Of a stretch of DNA of 64,000 bases, positions 39,126 through 51,124 are shown piece by piece. The stretch is from assembly GCF_964194155.1 (NCBI RefSeq), contig NC_135900.1, positions 49,042,001 through 49,106,000 on the forward strand, read 5' to 3'. Source of the stretch: Cetorhinus maximus. Taxonomy: Eukaryota. Position 1 is the first letter of the stretch. Each line of letters starts with the position of its first letter. The position numbers and the translations under genes were made by a program. The notes below the pieces were generated by a model that ran no database searches, was not told where the DNA came from, and saw only the letters and a program-made list of their open reading frames with translations.

Positions 39126-39781
39126 TCACGCCTTCTCCTCCTTCCCAGAAACATGATAGGGTCCCCCTTGTCCTCACTTATCACCCCACCAGCCTCCGCA
39201 ATCAAAGGATCATCCTCCGCCATTTCCGCCAACTCCAGCATGATGCCACCACCAAACACATCTTTCCTTCACACCCCCTGGCGGCATTCCGTAGGGTTCG
39301 TTCCCTCCGGGACACCCTGGTCCACTCCTCCATCACCCCCTACTCCTCAACCACCACCTATGGCACCTCCCCATGCCCACGCAGAAGATGCAACACCTGC
39401 CCCTTCACTTACTCTCTCCTCACCGTCCAAGGTCCCAAACACTCCTTTCAAGTAAAGCAGCATTTCACTTGTATTTGCCCTAACTTAGTCTACTGCATTC
39501 GTTGCTCCCAATGCGGTCTCCTCTACATTGGAGAGACCAAACGTAAACTGGGCGACCGCTTTGCAGAACACCTGCGGTCTGTCCGCAAGAAAGACCCAAA
39601 CCTCCCTGTCACTTGCCATTTTAACACTCCACCCTGCTCTCTTGCCCACATGTCTGTCCTTGGCTTGCTGCATTGTTCCAGTGAAGCCCAACGCAAACTG
39701 GAGGAACAGCACCTCATCTTCCGACTAGGTACTTTACAGCCTTCCGGACTGAATATTGAATTCAACAACTTTAGATCTTGA
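39126..39781 (+). pseudogene. GIY-YIG endonuclease portion of the Penelope-like ORF (open frame, 5'-truncated)
   Basis: C-terminal part of ORF 39035..39781; mirror copy in ORF 38366..39259 (-). Confidence 0.9.
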
Positions 39782-40158
39782 ACTCCCTCCCCCATCCCCA
39801 CCCCCTTTCCATTTCTTCCCCCTCCCTTTTGTTTTTTCCAATAATTTATATAGATTTTTCTTTTCCCACCTATTTCCATTATTTTTAAATCTATACTGTA
39901 ATGCCCTGTCAGTCTTTCCACCCCACCCCCACTGGAGCTGTACCTTGAGTGTCCTGCCATCCATTCTTAATTAGCACATTCTCTTAGATAATATCACCAC
40001 CTTTAACACGTCTTTGTTCCTTTGTCTGTAACATCTTTTGATTATCTGCTCCTATCACTGCTTGCTTGTCCCTACTACCACCCCCCCCAACTTCTCTCCC
40101 CCCAACCCACCCCCCACCTGAAACCAGCTTATATTTCACCCCTCTCCTAACTTTACTC

Positions 40159-40197
40159 AGTTCTGCTGAAGAGTCATGAGGACTCGAAACGTCAACT
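40159..40197 (+). ncRNA. Hammerhead-ribozyme-like motif in the PLE terminal repeat
   Basis: AGTT-CTGCTGA-A-GAGTC atgag GACTC-GAAA-CG-TC-AACT; one core deviation (CUGA to CUGC). Confidence 0.6.
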
Positions 40198-40339
40198 CTT
40201 TTCTTCTCCGCCGATGCTGCCAGACCTGCTGAGTTTTTCCAGGTAATTCTGTTTTTGTTTTGGATTTCCAACATCCGCAATAGTTTTTTGTTTTTAACAC
40301 CTTAGTGTTCTGTTTACATTTTGATTGCCACTTTGTAAT

Positions 40340-40865
40340 GAATGGACGTGCTTAGATTCTTCCAGATTTCTTTCAGCCTGTCCCCTACCTGGTTCAGAAC
40401 CATTCATTGAGCATCTCTCCAAGTGTACAATACCATCCACTTATTGAACCTTGCCCACTTGTAAATTTTATCTAGATCTGCTACAGTTTCCTAATTCTCA
40501 CAGTAGATTTGACAATTCCTATCCTATTGCTTAGGATCATTTGAAAATTTACCAAATTATATTTTCTTTGTAAAATTGGACCTTTAAATAGAATTTAGTC
40601 TCGGCGAGCCCACAGAAGCATTCAATTTGATATACCTCCCAAGTTTGAAATAGCTCCCCCAATTATTACCTACTGCTTTCTCTCTTTGTGCCAATTCTTA
40701 ATTTCCTGTAAGGTATAGCTTACATACCTACTCCCTTAAGCATCTGAAACATTGACGTAGAACGTTATCTAAAGTCTAGATATAAATAATCAAAATTGTC
40801 AATTCTGCATGTTACTTCTTCAAAACAGTCAAGAAGGTTTGTCGTGCAGGATCCTTCCCTTCAAA
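40340..40865 (-). mobile_element. Highly diverged CR1 fragment
   Basis: Residual similarity to the CR1 RT region on the minus strand (GTCTAGATATAAATAATC, CTTCTTCAAAACAGTCAAG). Confidence 0.45.
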
Positions 40866-40974
40866 ATTTTAAATATTAAAAGCAGTTATAATAATTTAAT
40901 CAAACTAATAAATATTGAAGTTTTCTAAAATCACACTTCTTATTGAAAGCACTCATTTGTAACAATATAAGACA

Positions 40975-41650
40975 CTCATTTATCCTCAGAATGTGGGAAA
41001 TGACCACAATTGTTGCCCATCCCCAGTTGTCCTGAGAAGTGATGGTGGACCATCTCCTTAACTACTGTCAGCCTCCTGATGATGGTATCCCTGCAACAGT
41101 ATCAGGTCTGGGAATTCCAGGATTCTGAATCAGAGACAGTGAAGGAACAATTATATACATATGTTCATGTCAGGATAGTATACAAGGCAATGATGTTCCC
41201 ACAACATTGTTGCTCTTGCCTTTTTTTTTATGGTAGAAGTCACAGCTGATACCATTCCTACAGCAGGATCTAGATAACATCTACATTTGGGCAAATAAGT
41301 GGTAGAGAAGTGGTAGACAACATTTGCATGATATAAATTCCAGTCAATTACCATTTGAATAAGAAATAATCCAACCATTTCCCAGATATTCAACTACTAT
41401 CATTGAGTCTCTCAACATCAATATCTTGGGAGTCACCACTGACTAAAAGTTTTACCAGCCATATCAATACAATAGCTACACAGAGACTGGGCACTCTGTA
41501 GCAAGTGGCTCAGCTCCTGACAGCTCCAAGCCTCTTCATCATCTACAAGTCTCAGGTTAGGAGTGTGATGGAATACTTACCAGTTTCCTGGATGAGTGCA
41601 GCTGCAATAACACTCAAGAAGTTCAGCACCAGTCAGGTCAGAGCAGTAAA
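40975..41650. mobile_element. LINE (same family as 14451-14980) with an internal inversion
   Basis: 3' end on the minus strand at about 40975-41250. Upstream RT part on the plus strand at about 41265-41650 (IYKSQVRSVMEY...SWMSAA). Confidence 0.65.
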
Positions 41651-42599
41651 ACATTTAAAATTAAAAACACATTTTTTGAAAGTTACTTACAGTGCAGGGA
41701 CTTGAATCTGAATAGTAATGGATTTTGGTGAAACCACTTTACATTGATATGAAAGTGGCAATTTAACTGCACTGTAATTAATTTTTGTTTGGGTTTTATA
41801 AACAAAGCATGGAGTACAGTTAAAATCAAATGATGTCAACAAAATGGGGGTAATATCCATTGGCTTCACATGTGTTTAAAACTCTAGAAATGTTTGTTTT
41901 ATTTGGGTTTGATTATTTGAAGTAGCCACTATTACACAGAAAATGTTCACTTTTAATATTTCACCTCTGTTTCTAGTACTGTTCAAGAGTCCTCATTGAC
42001 TTTTTGTCTGCTAATAGCTTCATTTAACTAGCATTATACCGCTCATCAAACTCATTAATAAAACTGAACATCTTATGAGTTCAAGATGTTCAGATATACC
42101 TTGGACTGAACTCACTAGTATGCTCATGAATTCGAATACTTATGTTCATTAACACACATGTACACACACATACACACACAATGTTCCAATTCACTCACAT
42201 GCTTATAGGTCATTGAAACTAAATGGTCTGCATCAATGCAAACAGTGTGAAACATAATTCAGATGTGAAATCACCCAAAGCAGACATAGGTAAAAGATAT
42301 AATCTAACACTGCTTCAGCTTTACAACCCATTGTAGCACAAAATGAAGTTTAAATGTTGCAAGGGCTCCAAGCTTCATTTTTCAAATTCTTATCATTAAA
42401 AGAGAGCCAACAGGACAGTCTGAGTACCTTAAAACATTATCAGCATTTGAACACTAGTGAGTGAAGCTCTTCTGATAACTTAGTTTTGTACAATGACTTA
42501 CAGAAAGTAAAATATCCCAAGGTGATATCCCAAGGTGAAAGAAGAATAAATGCCAAGGAAGAAGAGAAGAACTAAGAAGAGAAGGAAAAGGAGGAAAAG

Positions 42600-42900
42600 G
42601 GACACTTACCATGCTTACCATGTATTCCCAAAGTGCATCACAACCAATTAAGTACTTTTGAGTGATAACAAGCATGGTTATAAAGACTGGTTTTGAGCAG
42701 AACATTGTGAGGAAGCTTATAAAAGTGCATAGAAAGCTAGCACAGCAAAGAAGCTTACAGAGGTCATTCCAAGGCTGAAGGGTACAGATGAGGTTCATGG
42801 CTGGAGAATATTGCAGAGGTATGAAAGAGAGAGGTCAGGCAGGGAATTATAAGTGAGCATTTTGATTCAATGCTTTGGAAAAAATGGGGTACAATGCAAA
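42600..42900 (-). mobile_element. L2-like remnant
   Basis: CCCAAAGTGCATCACA tail-like sequence and GAGGTCATTCCAAGGCTGAAGG, typical of antisense L2. Confidence 0.4.
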
Positions 42901-43149
42901 TATGCACTCTGCCATAAACTATTAATAAAAGCTAAATTCTGGTGTGCACATTTCCTCACACATTTGGTATCATACATATGAAAATCAAAAATCTGATTCT
43001 CTGGTTGCATCAAGATTGTTTCTTTTATGGTAAAACTAAATAGGGAAGCTACGTGTTCATGTGACTTCACCAGGAGTTTTTTTTTTGCCTAGTGTTTTCC
43101 CCTTTCATACTGAAGCTGACACAAGCTGATGCACATTTTACAGATACCA

Positions 43150-43430
43150 GCATCACATGCACACCGTCATTTTTCATGTGTAAGCCCAGACAGGAGGTGC
43201 TGGTAGGTTTCCCTGATCACTGGTGGCAACACAGCTGAGCCTATTCTTGTACTGACCCAACATTCAGACAAGTACACTATCCAACAGGAGCTTAGCTAGT
43301 TTTCTCTTCTCAAGCCTAGGAATGTGAACGGAGATCCCCACACCAATTTAGTATTGGCTGGGAGATTGAATCTTGATATTTTCTGGTCTGTATGATGAAA
43401 TTTCACTCTACAGTTCCAACTGATCCAGGT
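43150..43430 (-). mobile_element. Ancient tRNA-derived SINE-like repeat
   Basis: Related to 24385-24690; B-box-like GGGAGATTGAATC followed by CTGGTCTGTATG. Confidence 0.4.
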
Positions 43431-46400
43431 CAAGATGTTTGAATGTAATAATAATACAAAAAGATGGCACAAGTTAATCAGGATTTGTGTATCGGACTTA
43501 GATGGGACCAAGGCAATTGTGTAATTGAATCGGAGTTTCTCTGTCATAAGAGCAGATGGTACATTGAAATTGAGTAATTGGAACAGGATTTGTGTGTAAT
43601 GGGAGGACTGGTGATAAATTAGAATTGGGGCACTCGATCAAGATTTCTGTATAACCGGAAATGGACGATACTTTGCGATTTGACCCGCGGATTAAACAAA
43701 CAGTTATCAATCATTTGGGCGATTAACTTTTTTTTGTCGATCATTGCTTTCAATCGAAATGAATTAGCATGTTATGTTGACTTGTTCTTCGAACTGATTA
43801 TCGTACAGAGCTAGATAACCGTTTTAAACATTGCGAGGAAAAGTTTTTTCCGCCGAAGTTTCAATGTGGCCGGGAAGCACCTGCAGTAACAGAGTTCTGC
43901 CAGCGAGAGGCAACATTTGCTACAGGTTAGCTTCGGGGTTTCAGCACTTTTTGAAATCCGATCACGCGAACTCGGAAAGTTGTGCGGATGAATGAACTTG
44001 GTGTTGCATCTGAGGAACCTGGGTACGGCTGGCTTCCTGGAATCCCCCCCCCCCTTTTCCTTTATTCTGTGTTTTGCTGCATGAAATTTGGTCACTCACA
44101 TATTTCAAGCTTCGTTAATCTGACAAAAAAAAAGACTCCACTGGAGTGCACATTACAGAACTATCATTTCAATTAATGTTCTCATTCAAAGTCATGCTGA
44201 TTCACTGTTACTGCGTGGAAAATGCCCGATGCTAAACCATTTATTTACACGTATAACGACCCCTTTACCTAGCCGCAATACGGACCGTGCCTGCTTACAA
44301 AGTATGACGTGAAATAATCGATAATCTTTTCAAAATCTGCATGACCAGATGTGTGAAAATTGGTAAGAGGTCCTCATTGTAAAAGGAATGACGGGATCAC
44401 TCATGATCTATGTTAATATGGGTTAACCATTCAAGCGGAATCTATGGATCCAGTGCAATTAGTTTCCCATTTTTAAAAAAAATCATAACGACGAATAGCG
44501 AGTGAGCACACGCTGAGAGTAATGAGCTGTGGAACAAAACAGCCGCCGCCAGTTTCTCTCTGTTCTAGTTCTCTAAAGGGTTTCCGAAGCCCCAGTGATG
44601 CTAAATGCCGCTCTTAAACCACGCTCAGCCCTGAGTGCAGTTTACGAGCCTGTTGGTGAGCCGAGAAGGCAGCGGTAGTGTTGCCGAGAGAGGGAAGCTC
44701 TTTCTTCGGAAAGGAAAGGGAGGGAGTCTTGTCTGGATGAAGGCCCGCAGTCTGACTTAACACAGATCTGGTTTGAATCAACAACAACCAACAACATCAT
44801 CTCCTTTACTGACTTTATCTGAACTATTTAAAATACTTACACACTTCACCTATCTTTAGTTTAGCGTGGAACTACACGTCGGGAAATAATTTATTTTTAA
44901 AGGCGGCAGAAGTTAAAGTCTTAAGTACTCGACGATGGCCATTCATTTAATGTACAACAACTCAAAAAAAAAACCCTTGACTTTAACCTTATTGGAAGTT
45001 TACGTCGGGTTCCATGATGTTTAGCACCAACCAGCACGTTACACTCGCGCACTCAATAAGCACGAATGTAACGGTTGTTCTTCCAAAACCTCCCATGAAA
45101 AATGTAATGAAATCCACCTTTCCCGGAAATTTCCTGAGCTGGCCGTTTCTGTGTTACGCGACATTTTGGGAGCCGTATTGCCGAGCTCGGCGGCTGTTTG
45201 TTTAAAGTGCTTTGTGAAGTGATTTAATCAGCCAGAAGATGTGCTGGAGCCAGGGACTGATCCGGACAGATTAAAAAGCTGTTTCCCCACCGCCCCCCCC
45301 AAGGGAACATGAGCTAAATCAGTTTGGGTGAGGGGGGTGGGTGGAATGCCTCGCCTCCCCTCCCCTGTACACACACAAATGGATCAATTTCATGGATTGT
45401 TCCCCGATCACTGTGACCGGACACAGATCGCCTGTCACTCCTTATGGTTCAATTTAAACACAACTTAATGTTTTTTTAATCTGTTCCAACCAACATAACC
45501 GCCAGGCACAGCTAGCCTCTCCCTTCGCCACTCAACCAAAGCCTACCACATTCCAGCTGTAAGGCACATGTGTGTCAATGTCAGTTTCCAAGGAGAAACT
45601 GATTTCTCCCATGTAAAATTGGTCGCTCGCTTAATGTTTTTGTCTGCTGTCAGCAACCGTAGATATTTCTGGGGAGGGTGGTCGAGGATCCAAATGCCCC
45701 CCGAATGAGAGCCCATGAGTTAATCATCTATTGTCTCGAAAACCACCGACAGAAATTTTGGTACATAAAACTGCCACAGGTTATGTAGTATATAGAAAAA
45801 AAATCAAATTAAACAGAAATAGGTAGGATAAACAACATCGTGCACTTGGAAAACTAGTTCATAAACTCGGAGGATGAACTAAATATTTTTAAAATGTTCT
45901 CGTAATATTTGAACAAACGTATGGAATACAACAAGGTAAATGGTCTGTCAAAGCAAGGCATTGCATGAATTAGAAGAGTTTTAAACGGTACAGCTCAAAT
46001 TCAATTGAATTCTGCTAAAACAGATATTTGCTCTATAGCGGCGGCTCCTGTTCCAAGTCCATTGAAATGATAGGTTCCATGAATTATATTCCAGTCAGAT
46101 TTTTGAAGGCGTGAACTCCGATGTAAAATAACAGCGACAGATGCATTAGAAAAAAGGAAAATGACATTGGGGAAATGCGAAACTAAATGCAGTATGGGGG
46201 GAAAGGTAACATAGGTGGGCTGAGTGATAAAGGTATCTTATCACTGTTCTTTTTCAAACCTGCAAACACAAGCTCCAAACAAGGTAAAACAAACACCTAC
46301 CGAGGAGAACAATACTGCACTCGCTCTGCAACATTCTGCTGTCAAGAGCAAACAATTTATAGTAACAATAAGATCATTTTCAGCACCGAACTAACATTTT

Positions 46401-46458
46401 ATCTTCACCCATTTTCATACCTCGCTTCAACAAAAGGAACAGAAAGGCGAACACTCAC

Positions 46459-47650
46459 CTGCATTTTCAGGGTCAGATTACGGGATAAATATCCAGGCTA
46501 TTGGAGTTAATCAGAGTTCCTCTGTGGTGCTGTTTAGAATAAAACTCACTGGATGAAGAAGCCAACAGAGCGACCACGAAGCAGTTGGTTCTCAGGATTC
46601 CAGGGCAGTAAGAGGAATGGAACTGGCTTGTGTGAGCATGTTGCACCTGTTATTGAAACTCTTTCAGGTTTAGGTCCATAACTCCACACACCAACACCAG
46701 CACATGAAGAGTTCTTCCAATCCTTTAACTCCTCTAGCTCTCAATTCCCCCTCACACAGAGTCGGCTAACCTCTCCCCTCTTTTCACTGCAATTCTGATC
46801 GTTTCCGTCCTCTAATACTTTATCTCACTTTTGTCCTTTTACTGGAGTTAGCTTTAGGTTTTGAAAGTTTGTCCTTCGGTTTTATATTTTATTTACAACG
46901 GGTGCAGGCTAGTTTACCTGAGAGACAATTATTTTTTCAAATCGAGTGTCACTTCATCAATTTGGTGTGTTTGTGTATTTTTGTTTGCCAGCCTTGTCCT
47001 GTCAGAGCCCGAGTCTGTTGTAACGCGCTTCAGCCATTTCACAACCGGCTGTCACAGGAATTGCGAAGAAAATGCTGAAAACGTGAACCCACTTGAAAGA
47101 AATCAGATCTTTCACAAAAGTACTTTCTCTCTTTGGTGTTCGGTTTGTTTTTTCAGTAACCTTCTCCGACAGCAAATCGATTCACTCTCCACTCCCAGAG
47201 CTCCCAGCTGCGATCACTTGCCTCTCTTCTCGAGTTCCTAGTTTCCACTAAAGGGCTATTTTGGTCCACACATGCACCCCTCAAGTTGACAAAGTAACAC
47301 ATCCAGCAGTCCAAGAATTGCGTTCAACCAACGGCCACTCTCAGCCGGGAGCAAGTTAATCTCTGCAGTGCACTAATAGTTGAACATGCAAACTTCTGCA
47401 AAGTATTGCAAAAGTTTTCAAAAACTTTTTATGTTGCCTTTTTAAGAAGAAACTCCGCTTTATCTTGCTGACGCTTTCTCTCTCTCTCTCACCCCCTTTG
47501 GATCAGTGAAAGCGCGATTCGTTTCTGCCTGATCTTTGTGCAGGAGACGTTGTCCTCGCCTTCGCTGCCTCTGTACTGAGGTTCGGTGGCTGGAGGTCAA
47601 GCTGTTTAAGTTGAACAGAGTCGTTTTGCAAAGCGCTGCTCCCGAAGTCC
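46459..47650 (-). other. Candidate long first exon of a minus-strand gene (5'UTR ending ATG CAG)
   Basis: Consensus donor CTGAAAATGCAG|GTGAGT at 46459/46458, downstream of CCAAT/NRF1-like motifs within the CpG island. TSS position is approximate. Confidence 0.55.
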
Positions 47651-47679
47651 GACTTAACACTGCTACCTGAGACAGAGAC

Positions 47680-47722
47680 CCGCGCCTGCGCACTTACCGC
47701 CTTGCGCACAGCCCATTGGCAG
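47680..47722 (-). promoter_or_regulatory. Core promoter motifs: NRF1-like site and CCAAT box
   Basis: CGCGCCTGCGCA (47681-47692), TTGCGCAC, and GCCAATGGG on the minus strand (about 47712-47720). Confidence 0.5.
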
Positions 47723-49814
47723 GTTAACGCCTTAAAGCGAGACTGTCCCGGATCTCAAATGTAAAGTAATTCACAACAAAACTCATATAGCTTGATTTTA
47801 AAAAAAACTCGAGGGGGAAGACAGAGTTAGCATTGGTACATTTTGTCAGAGTTAAAGCTGCGAAACAATCAGGGATGATTAGTTTCTGAGCTTTGTAGTG
47901 ACCTATTTTAGGTATTGGTCGTGTTTTAATGTGTACAGTCTCCTCAACAATAGCAATGAGCAGGAAATAATACGCGAATAAAGCAGTTTAAAATGATATT
48001 TTTAAAATATTTAATTATCACAAATCCTCCTGTCACCCCTTCTCCACGACCCTGTACCGCCCACATTCCCTAAATCATCCCAAATTTTTCACTTATCTTC
48101 TCTGTTCACTGCCTGTGGCCGAGTTTTGAGACTCGATTTTGCTTAAGTTTCTTTGATTCTCCAATCTGATATCGTCACTGTCATTTGAAATCCTTACCTT
48201 TCGTTTTACCAGAGATAAAACTGTATCTTCTAAGCTTTTGACTGAACAGTGAAACAGTCCCTCCTTTCTAAGAAAGTGAGCACCAGTCAATTTCATATCA
48301 GAATAAAATCGAAACTTCCTCAATTTTATACGAATTTCAGTTAATTTATTTTTTTAATAAACTGTTCCAAATTCCTGAACACCTTTACAATATGTTTAAT
48401 AGTCTGTTTTGAAGATATTTTGGGGGAAGAGAATTCCGTAATTACTTTTCTTGGGTCATTGTCGTAAGTCTATGTGTGTCAGAGAACAGAGGTTTCCAGT
48501 TTCTTGATCAGCTGTATCACTGAAATGGCTATCTGACAATAATTTATTCTTAAGTGCATTGTTACCTTGTTTGGAGGACTGTAATATACTGCGTAGGTAC
48601 TTTCGCACAGGTACATGCATGCAACATTCATGTGTATTCATGCACATGTATAAACATATATTTACATATAGTGTCCTCCAATCCTACACATGCGCGCGCG
48701 CACACAAGCATACAGATTTATACTTTACAATAGCACAAATGTATGTGTAAAACCAGTTTAAATACAAAACCATGACTATAAGATCAGACTACATTGCTAT
48801 TAGTATACCTGGATACATGTCTATGCACAGAAGTATTTATATTGACATGCACATAGATATAAACAAATGGTCCAAGTTACATGGTGCGCCTTGTTCATTG
48901 TGCGTTTGTAACTAAAGCGTATTCCTGGTTCTACCTACATAGAAACTATAGACCATGAGGAAAGAAACAATTCTCTGAAGATCTAAACCAACACTTTTAT
49001 CGGCTCTCTGATAGGAGGAGATTGGGCTTCCTGACGTGCTGAAAAGGTAAAGTTCAGGAAAAATATACACCAGCCTTCCGATGAGAAACGAATGTGGAGA
49101 AATATATTTTTGCTAATCGATTAATTTGTTAACTTTCACAAAATATACCATTATTATTCCCTTCGCCTTTAAATAATGTCTGTTGGTCCATTTTGTGGAG
49201 GCTATATATCAACTGGCATGTGAACAACTCTAAATATGACTCAATCATCTAGGCACATTTAATGTTTGAATTAAAGAAAATGGTTGCATAAGTCTTCGAA
49301 AACGGAAGATCATGGTTGCAAATGTTTTGATTACACTAACTCATTTTTTACAAGTTTATTTTGTAGCAGTGATATTGCTGCACCAATTATCTAGCCATCT
49401 TTTAAAAATGTTACAATCCATTTGTACCGAAGCAATGGCTGTTACGCAATACAAAACAAACCAACGCGTCCTACAATCAATGGGTAGGTAGAAACAAAGT
49501 TTCCGATGCTAATTCATCAGATAAACAAGTAATAAATATCAAAGAAACGTAAACTTCATGAATAAATAAATTCAACACCTAGAACCGGTATAACTCTCAA
49601 TCTAGTTTGGTCTCTGCTGCCAAGTTAGCGCTCGGATTTGGTGTTTGTAACTGAAGTAGCTAACAAAACACTAAGTGGTTTGGGAATGGCGGGGATACAC
49701 ACACCACCATGCTTTTATCGGTGATAGGATGATATTTCTAATTTGGGATCATAGCACGATCAAATGCACGTTTTTCTGGCTTGGTAGTTTGTTACATTGA
49801 AACAGTGGACCAAA

Positions 49815-49985
49815 GAAGTCCTGCAACTCCCTCCCTAACACTACTGTGAGTGTACCTACACCACATGGACTGCAACCGGTTCAAGAAGCTGGTTTCCACC
49901 ATCTTCTAAGAGGTAATTTGGGATGGTCAATAAATACTGGCCTCGCAAGCGACTTTCACATCCCAGGAACGAAATAAAAAGAAGT
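49815..49985 (+). mobile_element. LINE 3' tail (family of 14451-14980)
   Basis: AACTCCCTCCCTAACACTACTGTGAGTGTACCTACACCACATGGACTGC...CACATCCC...AATAAAAA. Confidence 0.8.
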
Positions 49986-50789
49986 GAAACGCAGGCAACT
50001 CACCAAAACGAAACCACAGTGACAGCACACTGGATTATTACAATGACCAGGAAGATCATCAAGGTGTATGTGCAGTGGAATAGCCCTAGTGCCATGAACA
50101 TGAGATGGTTGTTTGTCTATGTCAGGGGTAAGTTTTTACCCTGGTAAGGGGATACATATGGACAGTGTTAATGTATATCTTAATTATTTAATTAACTAAA
50201 GCGAATTACTCAACCTCTATCAGGAAGGCAATGACAGGAGCTAATCATTCGGGGATTCTAAAAGCCAGGATTGAATCAAAGCCTATCAGAATTGAGTTGA
50301 ATCATTGTACTGTTTTTATTACAGAAATGGACATGAAGTAGTGATAAAAATGTACAATATAATCGAAAAACTATAATGATGCTGTCAATCATTTAACAAT
50401 AGAACCGTAGAATTTAGCAGCCGGTCGCCATCTGTATATTAATCTGTAAACAATACATGCGCAACAGGCCAGTGTTATAACAGTGCGGCATCACATTGTA
50501 AACTCCCGATGAACTCCAACTTTTCTCGAAGTTTCACCTTCTTGAGACTTGAGCTGCTTTATTGATGCAGTGTATGTAGCTTCCAGAGGAATCGGGAAAG
50601 AGCACTGGTTCTTTTGAAGGTTGGTTTATAATCAGAATTTATTGTAACCGAGATTGCATTCAAAGTAGCCATAAGTTATTTTCGTTGTTGATGTAAATGA
50701 CAACTTTGGCAAATAAACTCTTTTATGCAATACGTTTTTCTAAGTGAATATTCTTGATAGTGGAACTTAATGTGGGTAAAACATGCAGT

Positions 50790-51120
50790 AATTTCGAAGT
50801 GAATTATTTTGTGTATATAAATAGCTCCCACGTCCCAAAAACGCTTTTCAGCCAATTCATTGCTTGAAATGTAATGACTATTATTATGTAGGCAAACGTG
50901 GTAATAATGCTTGAGAGATAAATATTGCCCAGGACGTCTGGAGAGTTTCCTGCTCATAGTTGAGAGCCATGGACACCTGAACAGCCAAGGTTTAACATCT
51001 CATCCCAAGGATAGCACCTCCAAGAAATAGCATTCTCTCAGCATTTTGAGGTGGCTCAACAACTTACTGGAGCTTGATTCCATAACTACTAAACTCAGGC
51101 CAGAGTAATCCTACTGATCT
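50790..51120 (-). mobile_element. Old Deu-domain SINE copy
   Basis: GGTTTAACATCTCATCCCAAGGATAGCACCTCC and GATAAATATTGCCCAGGAC. Confidence 0.7.
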
Positions 51121-51124
51121 ATGT

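Larger units (their letters stand above)
37907..40300. mobile_element. Penelope-like element (Neptune-type) as an inverted pair forming a ~2.4-kb near-palindrome
   Basis: Arms at about 37907-39024 (-) and 39126-40243 (+) are near-identical. Each encodes a CPRRRCNTC linker plus GIY-YIG (NLVYC..C..C.LLYIGETKR). Flanked by direct repeat CTTAGTGTTCTG (37898-37909, 40301-40312). Confidence 0.95.
43640..49800. promoter_or_regulatory. CpG-retaining, TE-free island (probable non-methylated promoter/first-intron domain)
   Basis: CG dinucleotides are visibly frequent compared with the CpG-depleted flanks. No recognisable TE over about 6 kb. Confidence 0.7.

Noticed and set aside
38366-39781. Two long ORFs (297 and 248 aa) as host genes
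   Set aside because: They are mirror-image PLE GIY-YIG fragments; their N-termini are antisense read-through of the opposite arm.
46405-46464. ATG CAG GTG AGT read as an unspliced 'MQVS...' start resembling Kv-beta (KCNAB1)
   Set aside because: It continues MQVSVRLSVPFVEARYENG* with no similarity to Kv-beta; GTGAGT is better explained as a splice donor.
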